A stretch of 64,000 bases of DNA, from positions 343 to 64,342 of IMG/VR virus record IMGVR_UViG_3300048583_000043. One strand, written 5' to 3'. The notes beneath the pieces were generated by a model that worked only from the letters and a program-made list of their open reading frames with translations, did no database searches and was not told where the DNA came from. A program made the translations under genes and the position numbers. Shown one piece after another: positions 10,253-20,921 of the stretch. The stretch's first letter is position 1. Every line of letters begins with the position of its first letter. The DNA is from a virus (taxonomy: Duplodnaviria > Caudoviricetes).

Positions 10253-13200
10253 TGAACTTATTTGAGCGATATGGGTTAAAGGAAGAAAGTTCTGAGGAGA
10301 CTATCCCTACAGAAAGTCCTATTGCTCAAGTTCCTGTTCAACAGGAAGTCCCAACACGGCCTTCTGTTGTTTCTGATACAACATCCCCTTTGTTTTCAAA
10401 ATACGGGATTACTGAAGAAAGTAACATCAGTACAAAAAAACCTACAATCACACAACAAGATGTTCTAGCTGACCCTGCCAGAATGCAAGCTATCAGAAAT
10501 ATGATGGTGGCATCTAAAGATGTGTATTATGAGACAGCCCCTGATGAAGAGGTGTATGACGATTTCATGACACACATGCGTTGGTTTAACACTAACGAAC
10601 TATCTACAGCTTCTACAGCCTTGGCTGTTGCAAATGCCGATGATGAAACTAAAGAAAAATACGCCAATGCTTTTCGTGTTTATGATGAGATTGGAGGTCT
10701 TTATTCAGGCGGTGGCAACAGTGTCATGGAAAAAATTAGTGGCACAACAGATTATGTTGCCGCTGCAATTTTTGCCCCTTCTACATTACTCGGGGGTATT
10801 GTAGGAAAATTTGCAGGGAGGGGGGCTACAGTTGCAGCTCAAAAAGCTGTAATTGAAGCTGTAGGAACAGAAGTGGTAAGACGTACAGGCTCTGCTGCGG
10901 CAGGTCAAACAGTTAGACGGCAAGTGGTAAACGCAGGCATTAGGGGGAAAGCCTCTGTAGAGTTTGCGGGAGCTCTTGCTGTTGAAGCCCCTGCTGCGGG
11001 TCTACAAGATCACCTCTATCAGAACACTATGTTAGAAGTGGGTGTGCAAGAAGAAAGAGATATTGTTCAAACAGCACTTAGCACTCTATTGGGTGGTGTT
11101 GGTGCTTCTATTATTCCAGCCACTAACTTAGGCCGGGCTACGAATATTACAGGACTTAATAACACTGCTGGTGCTATCAGTGAAGGTAGGGCGATTAGAA
11201 GAGGAAAATCTTCTGACTTAGTCATTCAAGAAGTTAGGGAGTCTGTTCGCGCTGTAAACTCTGATTGGATGAAACTTGTCCAAGAGGGCAGAGATATAAA
11301 TGCTGATGTAAAGGTTCGAGGGGCTGTTGTAGATTGGTTTACTAATGTAGATGATCCTAACAGTTTTTTTAGAATGCTTCTTAAATCTGGTGCCGAACTT
11401 GATTTAGAAGGAGAAGGTTTAGCAAAATCCATGACAGATTTTGCTGAGGGGTTATCAGATGCCCAGAGAAAATCTTTAGATGAGGCTTTTGAGCCCATGG
11501 GTGTTACTTTCCATCAAGTGTCAAGGATCTTTGCTAACTGGGCGGCGGAAGACTTTGGTGGAAGGGGTAATCAACTTTCAAGAGCATCAAAACTTTACAG
11601 AGAGTTTCAAAACATCTCTGTGGCTAATAGGATCTCTTCAGAAGAGATCCTAAAAACAACACAAGACGCACAAATTGATAAAAATGTAAAAGGAACTAGA
11701 GGGCTGGCTTATGTTCAGTCTGTATGGAAGAGGTTTCTCATCTCTCACCCGGGCACATCTATTCTTAACGTAGCAGGGTGGGGCATTAACATGACAGCCA
11801 GAACTATGGCTGAGATGATGCAATCTGTTTCAATGTATGGGATTGGTGCTGTTCAAAAATTGTATGATGGAGAGGCTTCTAAGGTGACACTTGGGGCTGC
11901 AAGAGCCAGTGCTAATAATATGTTGTTTGCAGCAAAAACTCTCATGGACCCTTGGACTTCTGTAGATTCTTTTTTTGCTTATGCAGAAGCTGCTCCTAAA
12001 AAATACAGAGAGGCTCTTGAGCAACAATTCTTTCAAGGAGTGAGCAATAGAGGGGCCGCAGCTTATGGACTTAATCCTGATAGTCTAGCTATTAGGGGTA
12101 CTGAGCGAATGATGGAATTTGCTCAAAACATCTCTTTTGTTACCATGCAAGACACTGTTACAAAATCTATGTCAGGTCTTAAAGAGTTGGATAAACAGGC
12201 AAGACTACGACTTGGCATGGGGCTTGCTGAATTAAACCAAAGGAGAATGACTCACCTCCTTGATGATGAAGCTTGGGACCATACGATCAGAGCTTTACAA
12301 GAAGATACCTTTTCTAAAAGCTGGGTTGGTGAAAAAGGGTATATGGCAGAACTCGCTCGTATCTCTCAACAAGTGTCAGAAATTCCTGGTTTAGGTGTGA
12401 TTTATCCCTTCGGTCAGTTTGTAAATTCTGTATTTTCATTTACTTGGAGACACAGTCCTCTTGGGATGATTAACGTCGCCTCTGCTATTGCTAAAAAGAA
12501 AGGGGTTGACTACGACATTGGGTTGGCAGCTTCTCGTTCTATCGTAGGGACCGCAGCCCTTGCTTGGGCAACTTCAAGAGAGGCTCAAAAAGAACAAGAT
12601 GGCTTACAGTGGTATGAAGAAAGAAACGACAGGGGGGATGTTTATCGTGTAGATAATTTGTTTCCTATTGGGTTGTATAACCTAGGTGGTCGTATTGCTC
12701 ATAGAATGATGCAAGGCGATGGTATGGAAAGGGATCTGGTTGCCAGAGATTTGGCACGTCAACTCTCTGTTCCTGCTGCTCTACAAGATGTTGCTGGTAT
12801 TTCTGCTGTTTCAGAGATTATCAACTACATTACAGATGGAGAGACTTCTGATGATGACAGGAACGGTTTCTTTGACATTCTAGGGATGGCTATGGAGGGT
12901 GTACCGGGGGTTCTTTCAGGCTTCACCCGTCCTCTTGATCCATTGAATGATGTTGTAGGAGCTGTTGCTGACTATAGAGGAATGATTGATCAAGTTGCTG
13001 TTGATCGTCGCATCTACGAAGACAGCACTGAGAAAGCTGTGTTAGAGTTGTCACGTTACACAGATTCTTTGTTCTCCATTATGCTAGGAGAAGAAGGAGA
13101 AAGTGGTGCAAGAACATTCGGAACTCCTAAAAACTCTGCTACAGAAGAGGGACTTTTAAGAAACCCTAGCCCTGTTGCAGCAACACTTGGTAGACAATTT

Positions 13201-13635
13201 TCAACCCCACGGACATATATTGATCGTCTTCTTGCTAAAGTGAACAAGGCTCCTTTTAGAGCAGATTCATATACTTCAAATCCTCAATATGACAGTTTTG
13301 TCAATAACTACGTCTTTCCCATTCTAGAAGCTAATGCTGAAACCCTCCTCAACTCGGACAGGTTTGAAAACGCTAGTATGAGAATGCGTCTTGAAATGGT
13401 AAACTCTCTCTTAACTGACGCAAAAAAACGTGTTAAAGATGCTATTGAAGGAAATCCTGCTAGGTATTCAAACGAATACTTAGAAAATGAACGTAGAAAA
13501 TTTATGTCTAGGGACAGACAGATAAGAATTCAAGCTAAAGAAGATTTGCAGATTAGTACACCAGATGATGAAATGACGTTGTATCAAATTCAGATTGTCA
13601 TTGAGAGAATGAAGTTTCTAGAACAAGGACTGTAA
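10252..13635 (+). CDS. Large internal virion / ejection protein
   Basis: 1127-aa helical protein, last gene of the structural arm. Confidence 0.65.
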   Translation: MNLFERYGLKEESSEETIPTESPIAQVPVQQEVPTRPSVVSDTTSPLFSKYGITEESNISTKKPTITQQDVLADPARMQAIRNMMVASKDVYYETAPDEEVYDDFMTHMRWFNTNELSTASTALAVANADDETKEKYANAFRVYDEIGGLYSGGGNSVMEKISGTTDYVAAAIFAPSTLLGGIVGKFAGRGATVAAQKAVIEAVGTEVVRRTGSAAAGQTVRRQVVNAGIRGKASVEFAGALAVEAPAAGLQDHLYQNTMLEVGVQEERDIVQTALSTLLGGVGASIIPATNLGRATNITGLNNTAGAISEGRAIRRGKSSDLVIQEVRESVRAVNSDWMKLVQEGRDINADVKVRGAVVDWFTNVDDPNSFFRMLLKSGAELDLEGEGLAKSMTDFAEGLSDAQRKSLDEAFEPMGVTFHQVSRIFANWAAEDFGGRGNQLSRASKLYREFQNISVANRISSEEILKTTQDAQIDKNVKGTRGLAYVQSVWKRFLISHPGTSILNVAGWGINMTARTMAEMMQSVSMYGIGAVQKLYDGEASKVTLGAARASANNMLFAAKTLMDPWTSVDSFFAYAEAAPKKYREALEQQFFQGVSNRGAAAYGLNPDSLAIRGTERMMEFAQNISFVTMQDTVTKSMSGLKELDKQARLRLGMGLAELNQRRMTHLLDDEAWDHTIRALQEDTFSKSWVGEKGYMAELARISQQVSEIPGLGVIYPFGQFVNSVFSFTWRHSPLGMINVASAIAKKKGVDYDIGLAASRSIVGTAALAWATSREAQKEQDGLQWYEERNDRGDVYRVDNLFPIGLYNLGGRIAHRMMQGDGMERDLVARDLARQLSVPAALQDVAGISAVSEIINYITDGETSDDDRNGFFDILGMAMEGVPGVLSGFTRPLDPLNDVVGAVADYRGMIDQVAVDRRIYEDSTEKAVLELSRYTDSLFSIMLGEEGESGARTFGTPKNSATEEGLLRNPSPVAATLGRQFSTPRTYIDRLLAKVNKAPFRADSYTSNPQYDSFVNNYVFPILEANAETLLNSDRFENASMRMRLEMVNSLLTDAKKRVKDAIEGNPARYSNEYLENERRKFMSRDRQIRIQAKEDLQISTPDDEMTLYQIQIVIERMKFLEQGL

Positions 13636-13678
13636 AACAAAAAGGGCGCCCTCGAAAGAGGAGCGCCCTTAATTTTTA
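13636..13678. terminator. Bidirectional terminator between the convergent arms
   Basis: AAGGGCGCCCTC-GAAA-GAGGAGCGCCCTT hairpin flanked by an A-tract on the left and a T-tract on the right. Confidence 0.85.
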
Positions 13679-13679
13679 T

Positions 13680-14360
13680 CTATAGCCCTTCATCATGAAA
13701 AGCGATAATCCAGTTTTTACATGCTTCGCTTCTTACAATGTCATCAATATCAAATTCGATAACAGGAATGTCCATGTTATATTTTTTGATTAGATGAATA
13801 ATTTTAGCCAGTCCTGACTGAACATTAATGTCAGATTGTTTTACATCACCATTAACAACCACCTTAGTATTTCTACCAATTCGTGTCAAAAACATTTTGA
13901 TTTCCGCAACACTAGTATTTTGCGCTTCATCAAGGATTACAAACGAATTGTCAAACGATCTGCCTCTCATAGTAGAAAGGGGAGCTAGTTCAATATTATT
14001 GTTTTTAATTCCGGTTTCTAACACACCGTCTCCTAAATGTTCTTTAAGAACATCAAGAACAGGGGCAGCCCAAGGAGCAAACTTTTCATTAAGGGTTCCG
14101 GGGATGTAGCCCAAGTCTTTACCTACAGAAATGTTTGGTCTTGTAAGGATGATGCGATCAATCTTTTTAGTTAGGTAAAGGTTTGCAGCATAGGTAGCTG
14201 CAATGTAAGTCTTACCTGTTCCAGAGAAACCACACACAACGGTTTGATCGTGATTTTTAAGAGCTTTAATGTACAGATCTTGTTTAGAATTTAAAGCTAC
14301 TAGAGGTACAAGTTTCGATGCAGACTCAATTGTTGCGTTTTTGTACGTAGTTTTTCTCAC
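13680..14360 (-). CDS. phoH: PhoH-family ATPase
   Basis: GFSGTGKT Walker A, LTRP, LGYIPG, MRGRSF, ILDEAQN, FLTRIG, NGDVKQSD, DIVRS. Confidence 0.95.
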   Translation of the reverse strand: MRKTTYKNATIESASKLVPLVALNSKQDLYIKALKNHDQTVVCGFSGTGKTYIAATYAANLYLTKKIDRIILTRPNISVGKDLGYIPGTLNEKFAPWAAPVLDVLKEHLGDGVLETGIKNNNIELAPLSTMRGRSFDNSFVILDEAQNTSVAEIKMFLTRIGRNTKVVVNGDVKQSDINVQSGLAKIIHLIKKYNMDIPVIEFDIDDIVRSEACKNWIIAFHDEGL

Positions 14361-14372
14361 TGAATTCCTTTA

Positions 14373-16118
14373 TTATTCGCAGGTTCTTAGTCCTGTGCTT
14401 GGATCATAGTAACAAGCGCCACCTTCTTCGATGAAGTCATCTTGTGGCTCCACTGTTTTTTCTGCTACATCTTCTACAGCAGAGGCGTTGAGAATGCCAT
14501 AGCGTTTACCTGATACACGGAAGGTTGTGCATCCCGAAGACCCGCCTTCCCAAGCTTTCATATAAACCTCTTTAAACTCTTCCCACGTAACATCGTCACC
14601 AACGTTACAAGTTTTAGAGCAAGCACTGTCAACAAACTGACTAGCCAGGTTTAACACTTTAAGATGGTCAAATACAGAAAGTTCGTTTGCTGTTTTTCCT
14701 TTGACACCAAAAACTCTGTAGCCATAATCTTGTACAATTTCTTTTACAGGGCCATCAAAAGTTTGGATAGTACGCTCATACTGGTGAGAAAAGACAGGTT
14801 CAATACCAGAGCTCACATTATCAGCAGATAGACTGATTGTGCCTGTAGGAGCTACTGACAACAGATGGCTGTTACGAATGCCAAACTCTCTAATCTCTTC
14901 TTGGATGTAGTTGGGCAATCTTTTAGTAAAACCAGACTCTAGATATTTATCTTTATCAAAGAGGGGGAAACTCCCTTTTTCTCTAGCCAAGAAACTTGAA
15001 GCGCGATAAGCACACTCCATGATGAGGCTCATTAAGTATTTTTGATAGGAAAGAAAACTATCTGATCCGTACTCAAACCCCATCGCTTCGAGAGCATTAG
15101 CCAGTCCTGTAATACCCAAGCCCATTCTACGTTTATTTTGAGCTTCAATCTTCTGAGATTCGAGAGGGTAGACAGTTCTGTCAATTACATTATCCATTGC
15201 TCTGACAACAACGTAAATATCTTTAATCAACTGTGTTGTGTCAAAAGTGTAATCACCATCAACCAGTTTAAGATATTTTACAAGGTTCCAAGAACCAAGC
15301 AAACAAGCCCCATTAGGGGGAAGGGGCTGTTCGCCGCAAGGGTTGGTCGCTGCAATAGTTTCAATATACCATAGGTTGTTCTTCTTATTGATGGTGTCAA
15401 GAAACAAGACACCAGGCTCTGCCCAATCCCATGTGGAACGTAGAATACTATCCCACAACTTACGAGCATTCACTGTCTTATAGACACGCCCTTTAAAAAC
15501 AAGATCAAAAGAGGTGTTGTTTTTAACAGCTTCCATAAACTTATCAGTTACACCAACAGAAATGTTAAACTGAGTGAGGTTGGTTGTGTTATTCTTGGCT
15601 TTAATAAACTCTTCAATGTCTGGGTGATCAACACGAAGAACAGCCATCTGTGCCCCACGTCGATGGCCAGCAGATGCAATAGTTTTACAAATGCTGTCAA
15701 AAATTCCCATAAAGGATACAGGGCCGCTACTTTTTGAATTTAAGGATTTAATGTGATCACCACGAGGACGTAAAGTGGAAAAGTCATAACCAACCCCTCC
15801 TCCTAAACGCATAGTTTCAGCAGCCTCTTTAGCAATCTCCATGATGCCATCCATACTATCTGGAATAGTATTCATCACAAAACAGTTAAATGCTGTTACA
15901 GCCTTGGGGCTCCCCATTGCTGCTTGCACTCGTCCAGCAGGCAAGAACCGTTGATGCAAGAGAATATCTTTTAGTTTTTCATAATGCTCTTTGTTATCAG
16001 AAAGAGAGTCAGCAACTCTAATCATTGCCTCTCTAAATGTTTCTCCCTCCCCTCTATATTTCATAGCATGAATTTCTTCACTAATAGCGAGAGTAGGTCC
16101 GTAAGTTTGGTCTGTCAT
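14373..16118 (-). CDS. nrdJ: Class II (adenosylcobalamin-dependent) ribonucleotide reductase
   Basis: FLPAGR, FNCFV, GGGVG, RRGAQM, TNPCGEQ, CLLGS, RRMGLG, APTGTIS and a C-terminal CxxxxxxxxxxCE pair; no beta-subunit gene in the window. Confidence 0.9.
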   Translation of the reverse strand: MTDQTYGPTLAISEEIHAMKYRGEGETFREAMIRVADSLSDNKEHYEKLKDILLHQRFLPAGRVQAAMGSPKAVTAFNCFVMNTIPDSMDGIMEIAKEAAETMRLGGGVGYDFSTLRPRGDHIKSLNSKSSGPVSFMGIFDSICKTIASAGHRRGAQMAVLRVDHPDIEEFIKAKNNTTNLTQFNISVGVTDKFMEAVKNNTSFDLVFKGRVYKTVNARKLWDSILRSTWDWAEPGVLFLDTINKKNNLWYIETIAATNPCGEQPLPPNGACLLGSWNLVKYLKLVDGDYTFDTTQLIKDIYVVVRAMDNVIDRTVYPLESQKIEAQNKRRMGLGITGLANALEAMGFEYGSDSFLSYQKYLMSLIMECAYRASSFLAREKGSFPLFDKDKYLESGFTKRLPNYIQEEIREFGIRNSHLLSVAPTGTISLSADNVSSGIEPVFSHQYERTIQTFDGPVKEIVQDYGYRVFGVKGKTANELSVFDHLKVLNLASQFVDSACSKTCNVGDDVTWEEFKEVYMKAWEGGSSGCTTFRVSGKRYGILNASAVEDVAEKTVEPQDDFIEEGGACYYDPSTGLRTCE

Positions 16119-16129
16119 AATCCCCCTTG

Positions 16130-16381
16130 TTAATAACCAGGTTTCATTCCTGTTCGTCCAGTAATATCTAATCTTCCGTCTGAAGCAATAAACCTTACAA
16201 AATCTTCGGCCTCATCTTTGGTTTCAAAACGTTTTGCTTTTAAGATGTTGTAGGTGTAGACTACCCAATCTCTTTGATAGGGGTCGATTCCCTTAATAAA
16301 AGACCAGAAAAACCGCCCTTTTTCAGCGATTACAAAAACATCAAGTTTGGGCATGTATCGAATTTGCAATTTACCCATCAA
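16130..16381 (-). CDS. Hypothetical protein
   Basis: ORF coupled within the operon. Confidence 0.55.
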   Translation of the reverse strand: MMGKLQIRYMPKLDVFVIAEKGRFFWSFIKGIDPYQRDWVVYTYNILKAKRFETKDEAEDFVRFIASDGRLDITGRTGMKPGY

Positions 16382-16790
16382 CTAAGTCTTCCAAATCAAC
16401 AGGACGATAATTTGGTCCCTTAACCACTTTACCATCCTCTCTGTAAATAGGATTACCATCGTCATCTAATTTACTCATATTGCTTTTATGAACCCTGTTG
16501 AAGGCTTGTTCCAAAGGCAAACCTAGACGAACTGCAAATCCAGAAACAACATACTGAAGATCGGCAAGTTCTTTAAGAAGACGCCCTTTAGTTTTTACAG
16601 AGATTCTCTCGTGCATATTAATCTCTGCTAAAGCAGATGCCACTTCATCTCTGAATTCTGCATACTCTTCTGCAATAAGTTTAAAACCCAGTTCGACAGT
16701 TTTAGTCTTAATAGGGTCTTCATTAATGGGCTGTTTCATAGCAAAATGAAACTCAGCCACTGAATTCTCTCTACTCATCGGTCTCATCAT
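16371..16790 (-). CDS. MazG-like / PRA-PH family nucleotide pyrophosphohydrolase
   Basis: LIAEEYAEF, KELADLQYV, VHKSNMSKLDDDGNPIYREDGKVVKGPNY. Confidence 0.88.
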   Translation of the reverse strand: MMRPMSRENSVAEFHFAMKQPINEDPIKTKTVELGFKLIAEEYAEFRDEVASALAEINMHERISVKTKGRLLKELADLQYVVSGFAVRLGLPLEQAFNRVHKSNMSKLDDDGNPIYREDGKVVKGPNYRPVDLEDLVDG

Positions 16791-17023
16791 TCACCATTAA
16801 AAATCATAGCATCAATCCTCGCTTCAATCATTCTTTTAAGAACATAAAGATTTACAACAAGATCCTCTGGATCTTTAAACTTTGTAACAAGGCTAGTCTC
16901 TCCCGATTCAAATTCAACAATTCCTGCAAAAGTTGTGGTATTGTCTTTTAAATCTTCAACAAAAGATTCCCATTGCTCCTCTGAATCATCATCGTCTTTG
17001 TTAATACTAACAACGTTTGTCAA
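16787..17023 (-). CDS. Hypothetical acidic protein
   Basis: Probable TTG start (MTNVVSINK) overlapping the methylase stop. Confidence 0.5.
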   Translation of the reverse strand: MTNVVSINKDDDDSEEQWESFVEDLKDNTTTFAGIVEFESGETSLVTKFKDPEDLVVNLYVLKRMIEARIDAMIFNGE

Positions 17024-17553
17024 ACTTCTCTCCTGTGAAAAGCAGTGTCTTGTCCACCAAAAGAATAGGGTTGGAACAAGTACCATGCGTAATTTTCTCT
17101 TCCTGTAGTTTTGCTACCTTCAATCCACTTAACCCTGCCAATAGAATAGATATTAGAGCATTGTCTCATAAAAGGACTAAATCTTTTATTGTGCATATAG
17201 TCAGCGGGCAGCAAAAGTAGTGTAGTTTTAAGAGTTAAGAAATGATGCAGCATTGGACACAAAACAGACCAAGTGAATGGAGGATTGGTCACAATCATAT
17301 CACATTCTAAATAGTCTTCAAGAAGCATGGCGTCAAATTTAAACACTTTTTCATCTTGAGGTTCAATATCAAATGCCATTTCACAATGCCAACCCATAAT
17401 ATTTTCTAAATGGTTGACTAAAGCACCATTTCCTGCGCAAGGTTCAATGAATGTCATCCCCGGGCTAAACTGAAGAATTAAAGGGGTGACAGCTTCTTGA
17501 GGGGTTGGATAAAAATCCCTAGGTTGTTTTTCGTAAGTTCCTCTTTTAGACAA
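17020..17553 (-). CDS. Putative amino (N6-adenine) DNA methyltransferase
   Basis: DFYPTP, EPCAGNG (motif I) and TNPPF (motif IV). Confidence 0.8.
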   Translation of the reverse strand: MSKRGTYEKQPRDFYPTPQEAVTPLILQFSPGMTFIEPCAGNGALVNHLENIMGWHCEMAFDIEPQDEKVFKFDAMLLEDYLECDMIVTNPPFTWSVLCPMLHHFLTLKTTLLLLPADYMHNKRFSPFMRQCSNIYSIGRVKWIEGSKTTGRENYAWYLFQPYSFGGQDTAFHRREV

Positions 17554-17743
17554 CTTTCACCTCTTCTATATTTCGCTCATTTTCTTTGCTTTTTAAAAAA
17601 GACAAAATTAGGGTTTCTAATGTTACAGAAACCTCTTTGTCTCTATGATTAAATTTTAACAAACAATCTTCTTCAAAAGGAAGGTAGAAGACATTTATTT
17701 CAGGGATTCTAAGGGTGTGAAGAATAGTTACAAGTACCCTCAT
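17546..17743 (-). CDS. Hypothetical protein
   Basis: ORF within the operon. Confidence 0.45.
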   Translation of the reverse strand: MRVLVTILHTLRIPEINVFYLPFEEDCLLKFNHRDKEVSVTLETLILSFLKSKENERNIEEVKVV

Positions 17744-17820
17744 TTAATTTGCCTGATTACATAGTAGACAAGAGCTATGTAAATTGTAACAATAGACCAA
17801 ACTATAAATCCTTCAAACAT

Positions 17821-18477
17821 TTATTTACCCATCATTTTCATCACAACAGGAAAAGCAGGAAGCAAAACTTTCTTAATCTCTCTAGCCATTAAAACATGCT
17901 CCCATTGTGTAACGCCCGGGTCATCTCTCACTTCTAGATAGTGAATCCAAGAGCGGAGAGTACCATTTACATAAAGAGTAGACATAGTCAACCCTTCTGG
18001 GAGAATTACACGGGCACATTCTTTAGCAACACCTGCTGCCCTAAGCTTTTTGTAGCAGTTTGAGATATTTTCCCTGGTGTCTTTAGCAATGAGATTGAAC
18101 AATTCCATAACACCACCGGACAAAGTGTCTGTGCTGTTTTGTCTATTTTTGGTATCTTGCTCTCTGGCTTCCCTTTCAGTAAATTCAATTTCATCTGAAT
18201 AACGTTGTGAGAATTCTTGAAACGAGAAACTGCGATGACGCAATAGTTGACGTGTAATATCTCTAGGGGCTTTTACTTCTACTACAGCATTTACCATTTC
18301 AAAAATGGACCAGTGCTTATTACGGATGCAGTATGACAGGAGTCTTTCTGTATCAGGATTAAGTTGATTAGAAGGGTTGCTTACACGAGCACAGAAAGCC
18401 ACCAGCCCTTCCGGGCTGGCAGCAGGGATGTCAATAACAGGCTGGGTGAGCCCAACTAGTTTAGCACTAACTTGCAT
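17821..18477 (-). CDS. thyX: Flavin-dependent thymidylate synthase
   Basis: ARVSNP, HWSIFE, RQLLRHRSFSFQEFSQRY, KECARVILP, TQWEH. Confidence 0.95.
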   Translation of the reverse strand: MQVSAKLVGLTQPVIDIPAASPEGLVAFCARVSNPSNQLNPDTERLLSYCIRNKHWSIFEMVNAVVEVKAPRDITRQLLRHRSFSFQEFSQRYSDEIEFTEREAREQDTKNRQNSTDTLSGGVMELFNLIAKDTRENISNCYKKLRAAGVAKECARVILPEGLTMSTLYVNGTLRSWIHYLEVRDDPGVTQWEHVLMAREIKKVLLPAFPVVMKMMGK

Positions 18478-18670
18478 TTAAAACTTTCTCAATTTCATCT
18501 TTTAAACGTACAAGGGTTTGACGAAATTCTTCTTCGGCACTTTTAATTCTAGGGGCAGCCCCGTTAATTTCTTTAAGAACGAGAAATAAAGGTTTGTATT
18601 TACGTTTCATCAAGCATAAACCACACTACTACAATTCCTAAAATAACGAGAATTAGAAAAACTGAATCCA

Positions 18671-19444
18671 TTAATTAACCTGATTTGTGAGAATTTTTTC
18701 ATTTTTCTTAGCGACACTATACCTACCTCTACCCCAACTACCACAGTTGTTACACTGATAACGATGATAAACACCAGAATTGGTTCTGGCATAACCACGC
18801 CATTGAATGTCATGTGAGCCACATTTAGGGCAACTAACTTCAGTAGTTTCACTAGCATAAATAGTAAGATTGGGGTGCTTTGTGTCCCAAGGTCGGAGAC
18901 GATAATAAAGTTCTTCAAGAGCAAGAACATCAACAATGTTATACTCTTTCATCTCTGCCCATGCTGCATCATTGCCACGAAGGCATTCTAGCCACAGTTC
19001 AAAGCCGGGAAACTTCTTATGCCCTCCTTTTTTTGTGGTTAGATTAAGAACATTAGAAAGGTATTCAAGAGAATTGGACGGGAATCTAAATTCTCTCTTA
19101 GCAATTTTATAGGTGTCAATAACTTTTACAGGAGAAGGGGGTTTGATACCATGAACCAAAGCTCTCGCTCTAATTTCTTTCATATCAAATTCTTCACCAT
19201 TATGTGCAATTACAATATCAGCTTGATCAATAAAATAGCATAGTTTCTGAATGATGTCTTTGTCGTTTTCTTTACGATTTTCTTCGTAATGAATAACACC
19301 ATCATCTAACCACTTAGCACAGAAAGACATGATGTGACCATGTTCCTTCACTTGCTTAGGGGAAATGTTTTCTTTAAAGAATTTCCAAACTAGCGCCACC
19401 TTAGGCGCCACCTCAATATCTAGAAATAAAATTTTACTTGCCAT
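18671..19444 (-). CDS. RNase H-like / DnaQ-type 3'-5' exonuclease with a C-terminal Zn ribbon
   Basis: ILFLDIE, AHNGEEFD, IDT, SNSLEYL, YNIVDV; CPKCGS...YQCNNCG. Confidence 0.85.
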   Translation of the reverse strand: MASKILFLDIEVAPKVALVWKFFKENISPKQVKEHGHIMSFCAKWLDDGVIHYEENRKENDKDIIQKLCYFIDQADIVIAHNGEEFDMKEIRARALVHGIKPPSPVKVIDTYKIAKREFRFPSNSLEYLSNVLNLTTKKGGHKKFPGFELWLECLRGNDAAWAEMKEYNIVDVLALEELYYRLRPWDTKHPNLTIYASETTEVSCPKCGSHDIQWRGYARTNSGVYHRYQCNNCGSWGRGRYSVAKKNEKILTNQVN

Positions 19445-19889
19445 AAAGTCTCCAGCCTTTGTGATGCGGCCTTTGCTTAAGAATAACTTTGCTTATGTTA
19501 GCTTGTGTTAAACTATTTAATCTACAAAACTCGCTTAATCCTGTGAACGTATAAATCTTTCCTTCTGGACTTATTAAAGTGTAAGTACCTCTCCCTGCCC
19601 TTCCTGCATTGTCTTCTCGGCTAAGCCATCTAAGATTAGACAGGTCATTGTTTAATTTATTATTGTCAATGTGGTCTACAGTTTCAAGATTTAAAGGGTT
19701 TGGTATAAATGATTGTGCTAGTAACCTGTGCAACAGAGTTGCTTTATTATCAATTTTAATTGTCAAATACCCAAACATGTTAGGCCAGGGTTTTAAAAAT
19801 TTTTGTCTTTTCTTAGAAAAGACTTTTCCATTTGAGTACACTACATAGTTTTCAATGTCTAGGATGAGAATTCTAGAATGTGGGTGCAA
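19434..19889 (-). CDS. Free-standing HNH homing endonuclease
   Basis: LHRLLAQSFIPNP...VDHIDNNKLNNDLSNLRWLSREDN and a C-terminal NUMOD-like HHKGW. TTG start follows GAGAGG. Confidence 0.88.
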   Translation of the reverse strand: MHPHSRILILDIENYVVYSNGKVFSKKRQKFLKPWPNMFGYLTIKIDNKATLLHRLLAQSFIPNPLNLETVDHIDNNKLNNDLSNLRWLSREDNAGRAGRGTYTLISPEGKIYTFTGLSEFCRLNSLTQANISKVILKQRPHHKGWRLYGK

Positions 19890-20391
19890 TATCAACCTCT
19901 CTTTTCCAAGGACTCTTTTTGTAAGAGTAATACCCCATACTTAACCAGACAAGATGGTTTAAATACATTGAAATGTCTTCTTTTGGCATGACATTAGGAG
20001 AACGTTTATTAATATATTTTGCGTAGAACCAGTCAGGGATGCTCATCCAAGCAGCTTTAAAATCTAAGTATTGCTCTCTTAAAGAAATTTGGATTTTAGT
20101 GTTTAAGAATGATTTCTCTAAAATACGAACAGTTGTGCAATCTTGATAGTCTTTATCTTCTAAGATTCTCCAACCTTCTGCAACAAGTTTTTTTAGTAGA
20201 GGTTTAGAATACTCTACAGCTACATCCCAGTCAGAACTTTGTAGGTGAATTTTTTCTAAATTTTCACCCCATTTACTACGACTCCCATAGACAAAATAAT
20301 CATGCCCCTCTAGAGATTTTCTAATAATTTCTGTCACCCTTGTGTCAGGCAAATACATTTCAAAAGAGATGTCATCTAAATTGTCGATCAT
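19873..20391 (-). CDS. Putative Pol-beta-superfamily nucleotidyltransferase
   Basis: YFVYGSRS...SSDWDVAV (GS...DxD motif). Confidence 0.55.
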   Translation of the reverse strand: MIDNLDDISFEMYLPDTRVTEIIRKSLEGHDYFVYGSRSKWGENLEKIHLQSSDWDVAVEYSKPLLKKLVAEGWRILEDKDYQDCTTVRILEKSFLNTKIQISLREQYLDFKAAWMSIPDWFYAKYINKRSPNVMPKEDISMYLNHLVWLSMGYYSYKKSPWKREVDIAPTF

Positions 20392-20728
20392 TTAAAATCC
20401 CTTCTAATGTTGATCGAAGTTCTTCCTTGCCAGCATATTTCATAAGGAGTCTGCACCCTGAATAGATGATTTTACGAGCATCGTATGTCTTATCAACTCC
20501 GACCTTAATCCCCCATCTCCAACAGGCTTTAAGAATGTTAGCTAGGTGAAATGAATCACCTAGCCAATGCTTGTCTGATTTGTATTCAATCAGGTCATTA
20601 AGGGTTTCAGAGAAAAGAGGAAGGTCGTAATAAGATTGCGGGCCCCCATCAGGGACGTTAGGTGACAACGTCTTCTGAGGCTCTGTAGAACGGAAAGTCG
20701 ACTCCTTTAGTAACTGCGTCTCTGACAT
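20372..20728 (-). CDS. DUF3310-like protein
   Basis: DGGPQSYYDLP...LNDLIEYK...ANILKACWRWG.K....YDARKIIY. Confidence 0.55.
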   Translation of the reverse strand: MSETQLLKESTFRSTEPQKTLSPNVPDGGPQSYYDLPLFSETLNDLIEYKSDKHWLGDSFHLANILKACWRWGIKVGVDKTYDARKIIYSGCRLLMKYAGKEELRSTLEGILNDRQFR

Positions 20729-20921
20729 ATTTTACACCTTTACGTTTTACTAAGGAAACAATACGAGCCATGTTGGTTCTGTCTTCCATAGAGAATTGAT
20801 CTGCATATTCCTGAGCAGCAGCAGGGCCCTGGTCTTCATACGTGTTATAGAACATTACAGCACGATTATAAGCTTGGAGGGGTTTGTGAGCGATGTCGTC
20901 AAAACGATCAACTTTGTTCAT
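20658..20921 (-). CDS. Hypothetical protein
   Basis: ORF overlapping its neighbours in the operon. Confidence 0.55.
   Translation of the reverse strand: MNKVDRFDDIAHKPLQAYNRAVMFYNTYEDQGPAAAQEYADQFSMEDRTNMARIVSLVKRKGVKYVRDAVTKGVDFPFYRASEDVVT

Noticed and set aside
401-13247. Many minus-strand ORFs opposite the structural genes, and + strand ORFs opposite the replication genes
   Set aside because: Antisense shadows of real genes with no RBS or recognisable motifs.
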